64,000 bases of DNA, taken from positions 864,001 through 928,000 of the forward strand of contig OY969926.1 in the NCBI GenBank assembly GCA_963704645.1, read 5' to 3'. Both the position numbers and the translations under genes were made by a program. Source of the DNA: an uncultured bacterium. Its GTDB lineage: Bacteria > Patescibacteriota > JACMRA01. Shown here in pieces: positions 47,772-57,286 of this stretch (within the stretch, counting starts at the first letter, position 1; the number at the start of each line of letters is the position of its first letter). The notes under the pieces were generated by a model. It did not search any database. It had not been told where the DNA came from and worked only from the letters and a program-made list of their open reading frames with translations.

Positions 47772-48935
47772 CTAAAACAAATGCTTAGGGTTTAGCCTAA
47801 CTTGCAGGCGTTTTTGTAAAGCTAAAGTTCCTATAGTTTGCCTTAGTGTACTAAATTTAGTGTATCCTTTAGGGTATCTTATCAATATATGGAAGGAATA
47901 CATGTTTTTTCGTCTTAAAAAACGTGCAGGGTAGGGTGAACCTACTTCAATTTCTGGCATTTCTGCTTTAACTGTGAAAATATAGTTTTTCAAATCTTGC
48001 AGAACGTTTAAGGCCACACTTTTGTCTTTTTCTTGGGAAGTAATTAGTAGAAGATTATAAAATGGAGGAAACTTAAATTTTTCACGCAAACGTTTTTCTT
48101 CTTCCAAAAAAGTATTGTACCAATTTAAAATGGTTTGATATTGCGGGTGAATTCTGTTCAACCTTAAAACTTCTTTAAAAAAACTATTCTCTGGGTTGGT
48201 TGTATCAAAATATATATGACAAGCTGGGTTTACCTGGTTTAAAACCTCGGCCAACTGCTTGTGCACGTCTTCTTGAACCAGATAATCTGGGCTGGCTAAC
48301 AAATTATCGGCTTGAACAAAAACAATTTTATTGAAAATAGAATAATTAATTTGTGGGTCATAAACCCTTACACTTACAGCATTTTGGCCATCTACAAGGG
48401 CTTCTAAAGTATCACTTAAAATGTTAGATTTTCTTTTATTTTCGCTAATTTGTATTATAAAACTGTCTTGTTTCTGTAAAAATTCTATATTTTCCTCATC
48501 AATTACACCATTAGGCATTGCTGAAAGTAGTGTTTCAAAATTTGCCCCCTCATCTGATTTTTCATCTTTTGGAAGATTATCGATCGTATTCTTGTCTTTT
48601 CTTTTGGAAACTTTTTCTGTTTTTAACCAATCTGGAGTAGGGGACTTTCCTGCAAAATTATATGTTTTAGTTTCGCTTAAATTGTCTAAAACGTTAATAA
48701 GCTCATCAATTCCGGCAAAAATAGAAGAAAAGTTTTGGCCATGACAACTTGGACACTTGTTTGGATAGTTATAAAAAGTTTGGCATTGGTGACAAACCAA
48801 CTCTAATTTATAAGGCGAAGTTCTATAAGTTACTAAATTAGCATCACAATTTTGACATTGAAAATTATGCCCACAATCTTGGCAACGTGTTAACTGAAAA
48901 AGCCCTCTTCGGGGGTGAATGTATAAGGTTGGCAT
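47772..48935 (-). CDS. priA: PriA C-terminal half (Cys-rich Zn region, degenerate helicase lobe 2, CTD)
   Basis: HPRRG, CQDC..CQNC..CHQC..CPSC, FPPF and PYPA motifs. Confidence 0.85.
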   Translation of the reverse strand: MPTLYIHPRRGLFQLTRCQDCGHNFQCQNCDANLVTYRTSPYKLELVCHQCQTFYNYPNKCPSCHGQNFSSIFAGIDELINVLDNLSETKTYNFAGKSPTPDWLKTEKVSKRKDKNTIDNLPKDEKSDEGANFETLLSAMPNGVIDEENIEFLQKQDSFIIQISENKRKSNILSDTLEALVDGQNAVSVRVYDPQINYSIFNKIVFVQADNLLASPDYLVQEDVHKQLAEVLNQVNPACHIYFDTTNPENSFFKEVLRLNRIHPQYQTILNWYNTFLEEEKRLREKFKFPPFYNLLLITSQEKDKSVALNVLQDLKNYIFTVKAEMPEIEVGSPYPARFLRRKNMYSFHILIRYPKGYTKFSTLRQTIGTLALQKRLQVRLNPKHLF

Positions 48936-48970
48936 TTTGAATTACTTTGGTGTCTTCTAAACTTTGAGCC

Positions 48971-48999
48971 TGTCATACCGATCTTGTTTCAGAGTCTAA
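48971..48999. repeat. Degenerate inverted copy of REP-like family A
   Basis: TGTCATACCGATCTTGTTTCAGAGTCTAA vs consensus reverse complement TGTCACCCTGAACTTGTTTCAGGGTCTAA. Confidence 0.7.
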
Positions 49000-49023
49000 A
49001 ACTTAATCTTGTCTCATTCATGT

Positions 49024-49047
49024 ATGGCTCGCAAGCTTCGCTGCTAC
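49024..49047 (-). repeat. REP-like family B copy
   Basis: ATGGCTCGCAAGCTTCGCTGCTAC. Confidence 0.8.
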
Positions 49048-49148
49048 TTTATATGTTCTCAATCAAGCAAATACTGGTCAAATTGACTTTTGGGATAAAG
49101 TGTGATTCCAATGTATAAGGAAAAAGTTTAATCTGAGGCATAATTATT

Positions 49149-49544
49149 TTGGAAAAAATTGAAGTTGGAGCTGATGGTATTATTGCATATTTGTTGAAGA
49201 GCAGGAAAGCAGGGAAATATATATTTTTTAACAATACTCCAGTGTCGGTATTTATTTCTAGGTGGGAAGACAACGAAGGCCAAGTTTTAAAAGATATTGA
49301 AATTTTACCTCGTGAATTTGGCTTAGAACCAATTGATTTCACTTCAGAAAATGAAATTTCTTCTCTATTTGATAACTCGACATTAAATATTTATATACTA
49401 CAACTATTTGTAGTGGTCGATGATCCATCTTGTAATAAACTAGTAAAAAAGTTTTACCGTTCTTGTCAGTTTGGTGACGTTCTAGTAAGTTATTTCTCAC
49501 CTATAGACTTCTACGAACATTTTCAATTTAATGATGATCTGTAA
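49149..49544 (+). CDS. ORFan cassette protein between the priA halves
   Basis: TTGACT promoter, GAGG SD, terminator CTCTCAA...TTGAGAG-T tract. Confidence 0.6.
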   Translation: MEKIEVGADGIIAYLLKSRKAGKYIFFNNTPVSVFISRWEDNEGQVLKDIEILPREFGLEPIDFTSENEISSLFDNSTLNIYILQLFVVVDDPSCNKLVKKFYRSCQFGDVLVSYFSPIDFYEHFQFNDDL

Positions 49545-49692
49545 TTTGGATATGTAAGATTAGCTCTCAACACCTTGCTTGAGAGTTTTTTTGTTGCAAG
49601 ATGAAAGTAATATAATATGGAAGCCATATCATCTATCTTAAAAAGCATATATTTTATTTGAAATAGGAGATAATCTCCACTCGCTGTTTTAT

Positions 49693-50745
49693 TTAATGGT
49701 TTGTTGTAGAAGACTTTGCCAAATCTGAAAACCTAACTGAGGGGAAATTACTTTGATAATATAAATCCGAACCAAATTGCGAAGCTAAAATATAAGAAGT
49801 TTCACGTACATCAAAATATAATCCACCTTGTTCTTGAATATGCATTGAATTACTTTCGTCTATAACAAAAATTGCTGAAATTTGGTTATAAGGTAAAAAT
49901 AATCCAGCTCTGGTTGTAAAATATACATTTTTCTTTATATTTTTTGAATCTGGAAGCAAAAGGCTTTTTATTGTAGCTTTAGAGGCTTTATCTTTCCCAG
50001 AGGTAAAACTATATAGATGAACATCTGAAAACTCCTTTAAATTGATTTGTGAAAGCCATTTTTTTAAAAGTTTAATTTCTGGAAAGATAATTAGGGTATT
50101 TTTATACTGTACGTTTCGTATAAGGTACATTATACGTAGTATACTTTCTATATCCCCGTTTTTATCTTTATCTGTAATATTTTCATTATTAAAGTGTAAA
50201 TATTCAGTTTTACCAATTTTAATGGAATCAGGTTTTTGTGAAACTCCAAAATTATTATTTGGGCTGGAATTTTCATTTTTTGCTAAAATTTTATTATTGT
50301 AATTTTCTGTGATAATTTTCCAATCGGCTTTTATTAACAAATTAAAACTTTCAAGGCCGGCAGATAAAACTCTGTTCATGCTACTGAAATTGTTAAAAGC
50401 AACACTTTGCCAAAAATTCATTAAGTTGGATGAAAAAATGTATGGTAAAATATTTTCAATTGGTTTAACTTCGTATTTAGACTTCGCTATTTCCTCTGAA
50501 GGCAACGTTTGGGCAGATTCAACTTCTTTAGGGAAATTACCAATCAACTCTGAAGTTTCATCGTTATCTACAATTTTAGTCGTTTCCTTGCTCTCCACCC
50601 TACTCTGTTTGAAAATAACCCCTTTTTCTAAAGTATTTCTTATAGAGACTTCAACTAGCTGGCCAATTGCTAAATCTTCCTGTGAAGAATAGGTTAAAAA
50701 GCTGATAGGTAAAAGCTTTTCGGTTAAAACAGCATAATGATACAT
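49693..50745 (-). CDS. priA: PriA N-terminal half (3'-DNA-binding domain plus degenerate helicase lobe 1)
   Basis: LTY..L.IGQLVEV..R....GVI, LIIFPE, TTRAGLFLP, VIDE, FDVRE and SNFPS motifs; no intact Walker A. Confidence 0.8.
   Translation of the reverse strand: MYHYAVLTEKLLPISFLTYSSQEDLAIGQLVEVSIRNTLEKGVIFKQSRVESKETTKIVDNDETSELIGNFPKEVESAQTLPSEEIAKSKYEVKPIENILPYIFSSNLMNFWQSVAFNNFSSMNRVLSAGLESFNLLIKADWKIITENYNNKILAKNENSSPNNNFGVSQKPDSIKIGKTEYLHFNNENITDKDKNGDIESILRIMYLIRNVQYKNTLIIFPEIKLLKKWLSQINLKEFSDVHLYSFTSGKDKASKATIKSLLLPDSKNIKKNVYFTTRAGLFLPYNQISAIFVIDESNSMHIQEQGGLYFDVRETSYILASQFGSDLYYQSNFPSVRFSDLAKSSTTNH
50113..50140. other. Putative dif (Xer recombination) site GTTTCGTATAA-GGTACA-TTATACGTAGT
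   Basis: 11-6-11 architecture with inverted CGTATAA/TTATACG arms; KOPS-like octamers converge on it. Confidence 0.75.
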
Positions 50746-50796
50746 TACCCAAATTGTCTATTTTTAGGCGTTATTTGTCAAAGCTAATTTAAAATT

Positions 50797-51372
50797 TTAT
50801 TTTGCATTTTTCAGTATTAAATCAGCAAATTTGGGCGTAACGTCCGTAAGTTCAAAACTGTTTTCTGATATTTTAACCGAAGACACAAGTAAATCTTGTA
50901 TAGACTTTTTTAACTTATTACTCAAAAACTTTATTCCTAGTTGTTTTCCATCTTTATAATTAGTTATGAAGTATTCAGAGATGAAACTTTCAGTTATTAT
51001 TTGCAAATTATCCTTTGAAAGCTTAGAATCTATCCACTCTCCATAATAATCAAGTACAATAACTGCAATTCTGTTGGCAATTTCTTTCTCTGTTTCAGTA
51101 TTATCAAGTTTTTTATCTTTTAGGTTTGTAATTTCTTCCAAAATATAATCCTCTTCGAAATCTTCTAAGCTAAAGCCAATTTTAGCAGCTGTACTATAAG
51201 CATATTTTAAAATATCTTCATCATTACTAAAATTATATTCAACTGCCTCTGGAATATATTCAACTAAATCGCCTTCCTCGCCATCAACCGCCACAAAACC
51301 TGGAATTTGTTCTATATCTTCATCGTTATGATTCGTTTCAGCCTGATCAACTATTTTTTTTAGAGATGCCAC
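50797..51372 (-). CDS. Acidic hypothetical protein
   Basis: Overlaps the end of the upstream giant ORF, consistent with an operon. Confidence 0.7.
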   Translation of the reverse strand: MASLKKIVDQAETNHNDEDIEQIPGFVAVDGEEGDLVEYIPEAVEYNFSNDEDILKYAYSTAAKIGFSLEDFEEDYILEEITNLKDKKLDNTETEKEIANRIAVIVLDYYGEWIDSKLSKDNLQIITESFISEYFITNYKDGKQLGIKFLSNKLKKSIQDLLVSSVKISENSFELTDVTPKFADLILKNAK

Positions 51373-54300
51373 TGTCTAATTCCTTAAACAAGTTTGCTAT
51401 TGCTTCAATTTTTTGCCTACTTTCTGTTAGTTTAAAAACAAAGTTACCAGTTGGGTCAGTTAGTACAGTTGTTGCAACTAACATATTTCCTAGTGATACT
51501 TGTTCTGACGGGCTTAAAGCGAAGTTATTTTTAAGAAATTCATTTGCAGCATTAGGACTTTGTTCTGGTTTTACATCGTTAGTATTTAAGTAATCAATGA
51601 ACTTTTGGGCAATAATTTCCGCAGAAACATTATACATTGTATTTTCAATTTCTTCGTTACTTAAATTAATTTTTAATACAGACACACCCTGAATATTTTT
51701 TTCAAATAAACTATCTGTAGTCTTTTCAATTTTTTCTTTGTCTGCAGATTCAATAAATTTTCTATTATTTACAAATTTAGTAAAGAAATCATACGCTAAG
51801 TCATCAATCTTATCAGCATATGTATATCTTAGTTGTTCCTTACTTATATCTTCTGTAGAAGTTGTTATACCTACATTTTTGATTGCTGAAATTAACAAAA
51901 AATGGGAGGGTTTTGTCTCTTTATTCTGTTGAGTTAGTTGTGCAATTTCTAGTAAAGCTGATTGTATTGGTATTATACTTTGCTGGTTAAAATTGTTCTT
52001 ACAAAATTCAGCAACAATATCATTAATAGCCTCTTTTTCTGTAGTTGGCTTTACTACTTCTTTTAAACTTATAATTATATCTTCCACTACTATATTTAGT
52101 GTAGTTTGGTTAATACCATCAGATTCTGACATTGCATTACTTTCATCTATCTGTCTGTTAAAACGAAGAATAAATTCTGATTCCTGAAGTTTGGGTTTAT
52201 ATCCAATTTTGTTTACTAAACCAGCAAAAACTTTCAAAGCTTCATCTGTAGCAGCATTTTCCCATGGGGCTGGCAACGGAACTACGTCTGACTGATAATT
52301 TTGTAGGAATTCATGAGCTAAATCAGTATTGAAAACTATATATTTACCATCACCTTCCAATACAGAAAGAGCGAGTATTGTTTTAAGACTCGATGCGTTA
52401 ATATTCGTTAAATTTGTACGTTCCCTTATAAACATCTCTGCGGCAACATTTACATTTAAAGCTGCGGTACTATTATCATTTAGATATTCTGTAAACTTTG
52501 CTAGCAATTCTGTACTCGCTAAATCTAAAGAAGCTTCATCAATATTGCTAACTAATTTATCGTCAATCAAGTCCAATGCTTTGGCACTAAGATTTGTTTC
52601 TTCATCACCTTGTAGAACATATCCAATAGAACTTAGAATGTTTTTTGATTTTTCTGAAAGATCGCTGGAATTAATAGACTCTGCTGATGACAAGTTTAAA
52701 TTCATATTTGGATTCGAAATTTCAACTTTAGGTTCAATTACAATAGCTGGATTAGGCAATACTGGCTCTAAACCATCTACTAAACCTTCGCTTTTAGGTT
52801 TTGGTTTAACTTCTAAACTATTATCAATATCAATAATTGGTTTTACTGGAGATGGTGTTGTTTCTGAAGAATTAACTACTGGTTTTTTTTCTTCATTAGA
52901 AGTTGATTGAGCTGCACTGCCCTCAAACTGTTCTTTTAATTTTGAAGTTATAAATTTTTTGTAGTCATCTTCTAGACCAACAACAGTATCATCGCCGAAT
53001 TTAGATCCAATAATTAAATCTGTAAAAGCATTTCTTGTTTGAACATCTTTAATATTAGTGCAAAATTGTGACATAAAACCACGAACGATCGCTTGCCTCT
53101 GAACAGTGGTGTTGTTTGTTGAGTTATAAATAACTTCAGCATTTACCTTAATTTTATTGTCAATAAATAATCTTCCTTGAAGTGCTAGTTCCTCTGTTAA
53201 TGTTTTCAAAAGAACATCGTTCATTTTTTCTACATTATAATTACCATTATTATCAATAATTACTTCCTGCATCCATTTTCCATTTTTATATTTATCGCTT
53301 ACTAAGTTAGGGTCTAAACCAATTTGCTTTAGCCTATCACTAAACATGTTATTGTATAGTTCTTTAACTTCTTTTTGTTTTTCTAAACCTTTCTTAATTT
53401 CATCTTGCTTTTTTTCGATTGCATATTGTGCTAACTCCTTATTTTGGAGCATATCATAATATTTTTCTTGAACCTTTTTGCCCACATCAGCAGATGTTAA
53501 TTGTTCTGTTGAATTAACCATTTCGTAAATAAAAGGGGCAAATTTAATCTCTTTATTTTGATCTAGCCAATCTTTTGTGAATATCTTCCTATCGCCTCCA
53601 ATTGAAAATAGTTCAGCTTCTGCTTGATCTATTATACCTTCTTTCAACCACTCTTTAACCCAAGCTTCTTTTAATTTATCTTTCATGTTTTTAATTTCAT
53701 TACCCAGCCTATGATTAAGTTGCTCTTGAGTTCTCACATTTAGGTTATTTTCAGAATATATCATCTTGAAGCGAGGTGAAACATCGGTATGGGTTAAACC
53801 AAGCACTTTATCTAAAATATCATAGGGGTCTACATTTTCATCTAAATCTCCTTTTGATTCAATACTATCTTTTAAATCTCGATATCTTTCTTTGATTGCA
53901 TCTTCCTTGCTTTGAGGCGCTTTGGGAATTAATATGGCTTTTGGTAAATCTGCGTCAGCGTTTTCTGGCACATCAATTAAATTTTGAGGATTATCAACGA
54001 TTTCTGTTTTAATATCTTCCTTAATTTCTACCACAACAGTTTCAGATGTCTCAGTATCTTTTGTTTCTGGTATAATAACATCAAGCGTCTCTATAGTTTT
54101 TTTGTTTATTAATTCTAAATCTAAATTTTCAGCTGGTGGTATAAGTGTTTCCGCAATACTAGATCCAATTTCATTGATAACTGGAGGTGCAACAACTAAA
54201 TCTTCCTCAATTTGTTGGGGTGGTTGTGCCACTTCTGGTATTTTGTATTTAGCTATTGTATAACTTCCATCATTTGCAGCACATAAAATTCTATTTCCTT

Positions 54301-55456
54301 GCAATGGTAAAAGTGCGTAGAAATCTTTACCTTCTTTACTAAAGGCAAATTGACCTGGAGTTAAAATACCACCATTTTCAACTTTGACTCTTTTACCCTC
54401 TAAAGCTTTAACTGCATTAGAAAGATATTCTCTAACTGTGTCTGGATTTGCTCTTTCACCTATAAAATAACGCTCTTTTTCTGAGTCAATAAACAGTGGA
54501 TTTCCGTTATCAAAATGAGTTAAATTTATTAAATTTGGGTTAGCTGCAATTTTTTCTAAAACATCAAAAGCTTTTGCAGTAGGTGGTAATTCTCTTGTAT
54601 ATTCTAAGCCTGTTAAAAATAGATCTGCATATTGCTGCATTTCTAGAGCCGATCTATTAAGCTTCTTAAATTCCTTTAAAACCAGTAATAAAATTTTAGG
54701 ATCAGCTTGAATGTTGTGTTGTTTGAAATATTTTGACACTTGGTCAACAGTATCTAAATAAAAAAGTGATTGATTTTTTTCAATAATTTTAGTTTGTTCT
54801 ACCATTGCTTTACGGTCGAAACCTATATTTTTTAGGGCTGAATAAAAATTAGTACATGAATTATTATACTTTTCTATAACAAGCTCTTTTGCTGCTTCAG
54901 CTTGTTGCCTTTTTTTTAAATTCTTAGTATCTTCACTTTCATAACCAAATCTAGAGGCGACTGCATTATACGCATTACCTACCATCTTATCAAATTTACC
55001 TTTTTTTGGTTCAGGTTTTGCAACAAAAGATATTTCTATTTTTAATTGTTCTGGGTTATTAACAAAATTTTCTGGTGTGTTATTTTCTGGTGATGTTGTA
55101 GGCCTGATATCTTTGTTAATATTTACTCCTTGTTTCTGTGAATTTTGTCCGTCAGCAATTAGTTTATCAAGATAAGATAATTGTGCATAAGGAATCTCTG
55201 CGGAATTTGGTCTTTCTATTTGAACACTTTCACTTGCCACTGCTCCAGCACTTTCAACACCAATATGTTCTGGAACTTCATTTTCTTCAATAATTCCAAT
55301 CTGACTAGATTTTTCTGCTTTGGAATTTCGCGCTTCTGTAGCTCTCTCAATAATTTTTTCAAGTTCGGGATTTGGCTCTGTTTTACCTACCACACTTGAA
55401 CCAACTACCTTTGTATCTACTGTGTTGTAAATTTGTGGTTCTCTTGGCTCTGGCAT
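51347..55456 (-). CDS. Large (1369 aa) acidic hypothetical protein with repeated helical C-terminal domains
   Basis: Long uninterrupted ORF; internal similarity KFTEYLNDN/KFIDYLNTN. Confidence 0.8.
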   Translation of the reverse strand: MPEPREPQIYNTVDTKVVGSSVVGKTEPNPELEKIIERATEARNSKAEKSSQIGIIEENEVPEHIGVESAGAVASESVQIERPNSAEIPYAQLSYLDKLIADGQNSQKQGVNINKDIRPTTSPENNTPENFVNNPEQLKIEISFVAKPEPKKGKFDKMVGNAYNAVASRFGYESEDTKNLKKRQQAEAAKELVIEKYNNSCTNFYSALKNIGFDRKAMVEQTKIIEKNQSLFYLDTVDQVSKYFKQHNIQADPKILLLVLKEFKKLNRSALEMQQYADLFLTGLEYTRELPPTAKAFDVLEKIAANPNLINLTHFDNGNPLFIDSEKERYFIGERANPDTVREYLSNAVKALEGKRVKVENGGILTPGQFAFSKEGKDFYALLPLQGNRILCAANDGSYTIAKYKIPEVAQPPQQIEEDLVVAPPVINEIGSSIAETLIPPAENLDLELINKKTIETLDVIIPETKDTETSETVVVEIKEDIKTEIVDNPQNLIDVPENADADLPKAILIPKAPQSKEDAIKERYRDLKDSIESKGDLDENVDPYDILDKVLGLTHTDVSPRFKMIYSENNLNVRTQEQLNHRLGNEIKNMKDKLKEAWVKEWLKEGIIDQAEAELFSIGGDRKIFTKDWLDQNKEIKFAPFIYEMVNSTEQLTSADVGKKVQEKYYDMLQNKELAQYAIEKKQDEIKKGLEKQKEVKELYNNMFSDRLKQIGLDPNLVSDKYKNGKWMQEVIIDNNGNYNVEKMNDVLLKTLTEELALQGRLFIDNKIKVNAEVIYNSTNNTTVQRQAIVRGFMSQFCTNIKDVQTRNAFTDLIIGSKFGDDTVVGLEDDYKKFITSKLKEQFEGSAAQSTSNEEKKPVVNSSETTPSPVKPIIDIDNSLEVKPKPKSEGLVDGLEPVLPNPAIVIEPKVEISNPNMNLNLSSAESINSSDLSEKSKNILSSIGYVLQGDEETNLSAKALDLIDDKLVSNIDEASLDLASTELLAKFTEYLNDNSTAALNVNVAAEMFIRERTNLTNINASSLKTILALSVLEGDGKYIVFNTDLAHEFLQNYQSDVVPLPAPWENAATDEALKVFAGLVNKIGYKPKLQESEFILRFNRQIDESNAMSESDGINQTTLNIVVEDIIISLKEVVKPTTEKEAINDIVAEFCKNNFNQQSIIPIQSALLEIAQLTQQNKETKPSHFLLISAIKNVGITTSTEDISKEQLRYTYADKIDDLAYDFFTKFVNNRKFIESADKEKIEKTTDSLFEKNIQGVSVLKINLSNEEIENTMYNVSAEIIAQKFIDYLNTNDVKPEQSPNAANEFLKNNFALSPSEQVSLGNMLVATTVLTDPTGNFVFKLTESRQKIEAIANLFKELDSGISKKNS

Positions 55457-55731
55457 ATTTTAAATAACTGGTTAATTTTTTATTAATTATATTTGCATTG
55501 TAGCACAGGGTTTTGAAGTTGACAAACATATTTGGCGGCGTAATATTTAGGCTTGTAAGAAAGGTTGTGAACTTGTGATTAGTTTTATATTCTAGAACAA
55601 ATTATGCAGGTTAGAATGTTTGTCTTTTTTTTGGGATCAAAGTATGCTTATGTAAGGTTTAAAGCTTTTCTGTAGCAATTAGAACTTAGTAGTTTTAAAA
55701 AAAATTTACGATTGTCACCAGCTCTGAGGTT

Positions 55732-55757
55732 TAGACCCTGAAACAAGTTCAGGGTGA
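55732..55757. repeat. REP-like palindrome family A (copy 4)
   Basis: Identical 26-mer; TGTCACC at 55713 forms an outer inverted repeat. Confidence 0.95.
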
Positions 55758-55905
55758 CAGTTCTCAAAAGTTCGGTTATATAAATTCAAGAATTGAAATT
55801 TATTTTTATCTCATTAAAATTCAAGATGACTGCTGGAGCTCTAACTTTCAGATTAACCCTTTTTACTAATCAAAATTTTCATTCCACTTTCCCAAACACA
55901 ACCAT

Positions 55906-56958
55906 ATGCCTGAAATTCAAGAGAATATCATTTTAGCTCCGTATACAACTTGGGGAATTGGGGGAGCTGCTGAATATTTTTTGGAAGCTAAAACTTCGTA
56001 CGAAATAATTGAAGCCTTAAATTGGGCTAAGCAGAAAAACTTAAAATACTATATTTTAGGGAATGGTTCTAATGTTTTAATTCCAGACGAAGGTTTAAAA
56101 GGCTTGGTAATTGTGAACAAAACAAAGGAGATTATTATTTTGGGAGAGAACATTTTAAAACAAAATGACGAGGTAGGAGTGGATGCTATCAACATGGAAA
56201 TGACAAATGCCAGTACGTCTGGAGGAGTGCAGGTTCCACATAGACATAATGAAACAGGAGATGAAAACTTTTTAAAATTTGCCGATTTAGATTATGAAGA
56301 AAGTGGTAATATTGTTCAAGTTCACTTCGATTCTGGGGTGGACATTGGTTTTGCCATAGCCTGGTGCTTAAAAAATAATTTATCTGGTTTACAGTGGTAC
56401 GCTGGTATTCCAAGTACAATGGGCGGCGCTTTGTTTAACAATATTCATGGAGGAACACATCATCTTTCGGAAAGATTTGAGTGCGCAATAATCATAGATG
56501 AAAATGGAGAAGTTAGAGAAGTTAAGGCAGATTTTTTTAATTTTGGTTACGATCAAAGCGTTTTAAGGGAAAACTCAAAAATTGTGGTACTTTCTGTAAC
56601 TTTAAATTTGTTTGAAGGCGATGTAGAAAGATCTAAACTTGTTGCTATGGACTGGCTTAGACGTAAAAAAGTTCAGCCAAGAAAAAGTTGTGGTAGCGTG
56701 TTTAAAAACTTAACTGAAGAGAACAGAGCAAAATTAAACTTGCCTACACCAAGCGCAGGGTATGTTATAGATAAACTTTTGGGTTTGCGCGGATACCAAG
56801 TGGGAAATATGCAAATACCAGAAACCCATGGTAATTTTATTGTGAACTTGGGTGGAGGAACAGCCAAAGAAACCTTGGAAATTATTAATAAGGTTAAGAG
56901 TGATGCCTTAGAAAAGTTAGGTCTAGTTATGGTGGAGGAGGTTAAGATTATGGGGTAA
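55906..56958 (+). CDS. murB: UDP-N-acetylmuramate dehydrogenase
   Basis: TTWGIGG, GNGSNVL, GIPSTMGGA, SCGSVFKN, HGNF and EV motifs. Confidence 0.95.
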   Translation: MPEIQENIILAPYTTWGIGGAAEYFLEAKTSYEIIEALNWAKQKNLKYYILGNGSNVLIPDEGLKGLVIVNKTKEIIILGENILKQNDEVGVDAINMEMTNASTSGGVQVPHRHNETGDENFLKFADLDYEESGNIVQVHFDSGVDIGFAIAWCLKNNLSGLQWYAGIPSTMGGALFNNIHGGTHHLSERFECAIIIDENGEVREVKADFFNFGYDQSVLRENSKIVVLSVTLNLFEGDVERSKLVAMDWLRRKKVQPRKSCGSVFKNLTEENRAKLNLPTPSAGYVIDKLLGLRGYQVGNMQIPETHGNFIVNLGGGTAKETLEIINKVKSDALEKLGLVMVEEVKIMG

Positions 56959-56970
56959 AGCGATTATATT

Positions 56971-56994
56971 GTAGCGGCGAAGTTTACGAGCCAC
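56971..56994 (+). repeat. REP-like family B copy
   Basis: GTAGCGGCGAAGTTTACGAGCCAC. Confidence 0.8.
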
Positions 56995-57286
56995 AATGCA
57001 TGAGTAGAGTTCACGAGCCAAATTATGGGGTAAATTGTGGCATAAAAAAAGTAGGCAACCAATGCGCCTACTCTGAATCCTTTAATTTTTCAGTATCAAA
57101 ATCAAAGGCTGCAAGCATTGCAAATAGAGAGGGGAAGGTTTTCAGACTAAGAATTTCGATTAAACAGACTGAAATAATGTTTAAAGCTTTGGACGCAGGG
57201 ATTCTGTATAGTCCAATAGAGACTTTTTGTCCTGCACTGGCATAAGTAAGTCCAACATGAGCGTATGTTTGGCAAATATAATTTCC

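Noticed and set aside
57000-57245. 81-aa + strand ORF
   Set aside because: Runs through a REP remnant and an opposite-strand terminator; no SD or motif.
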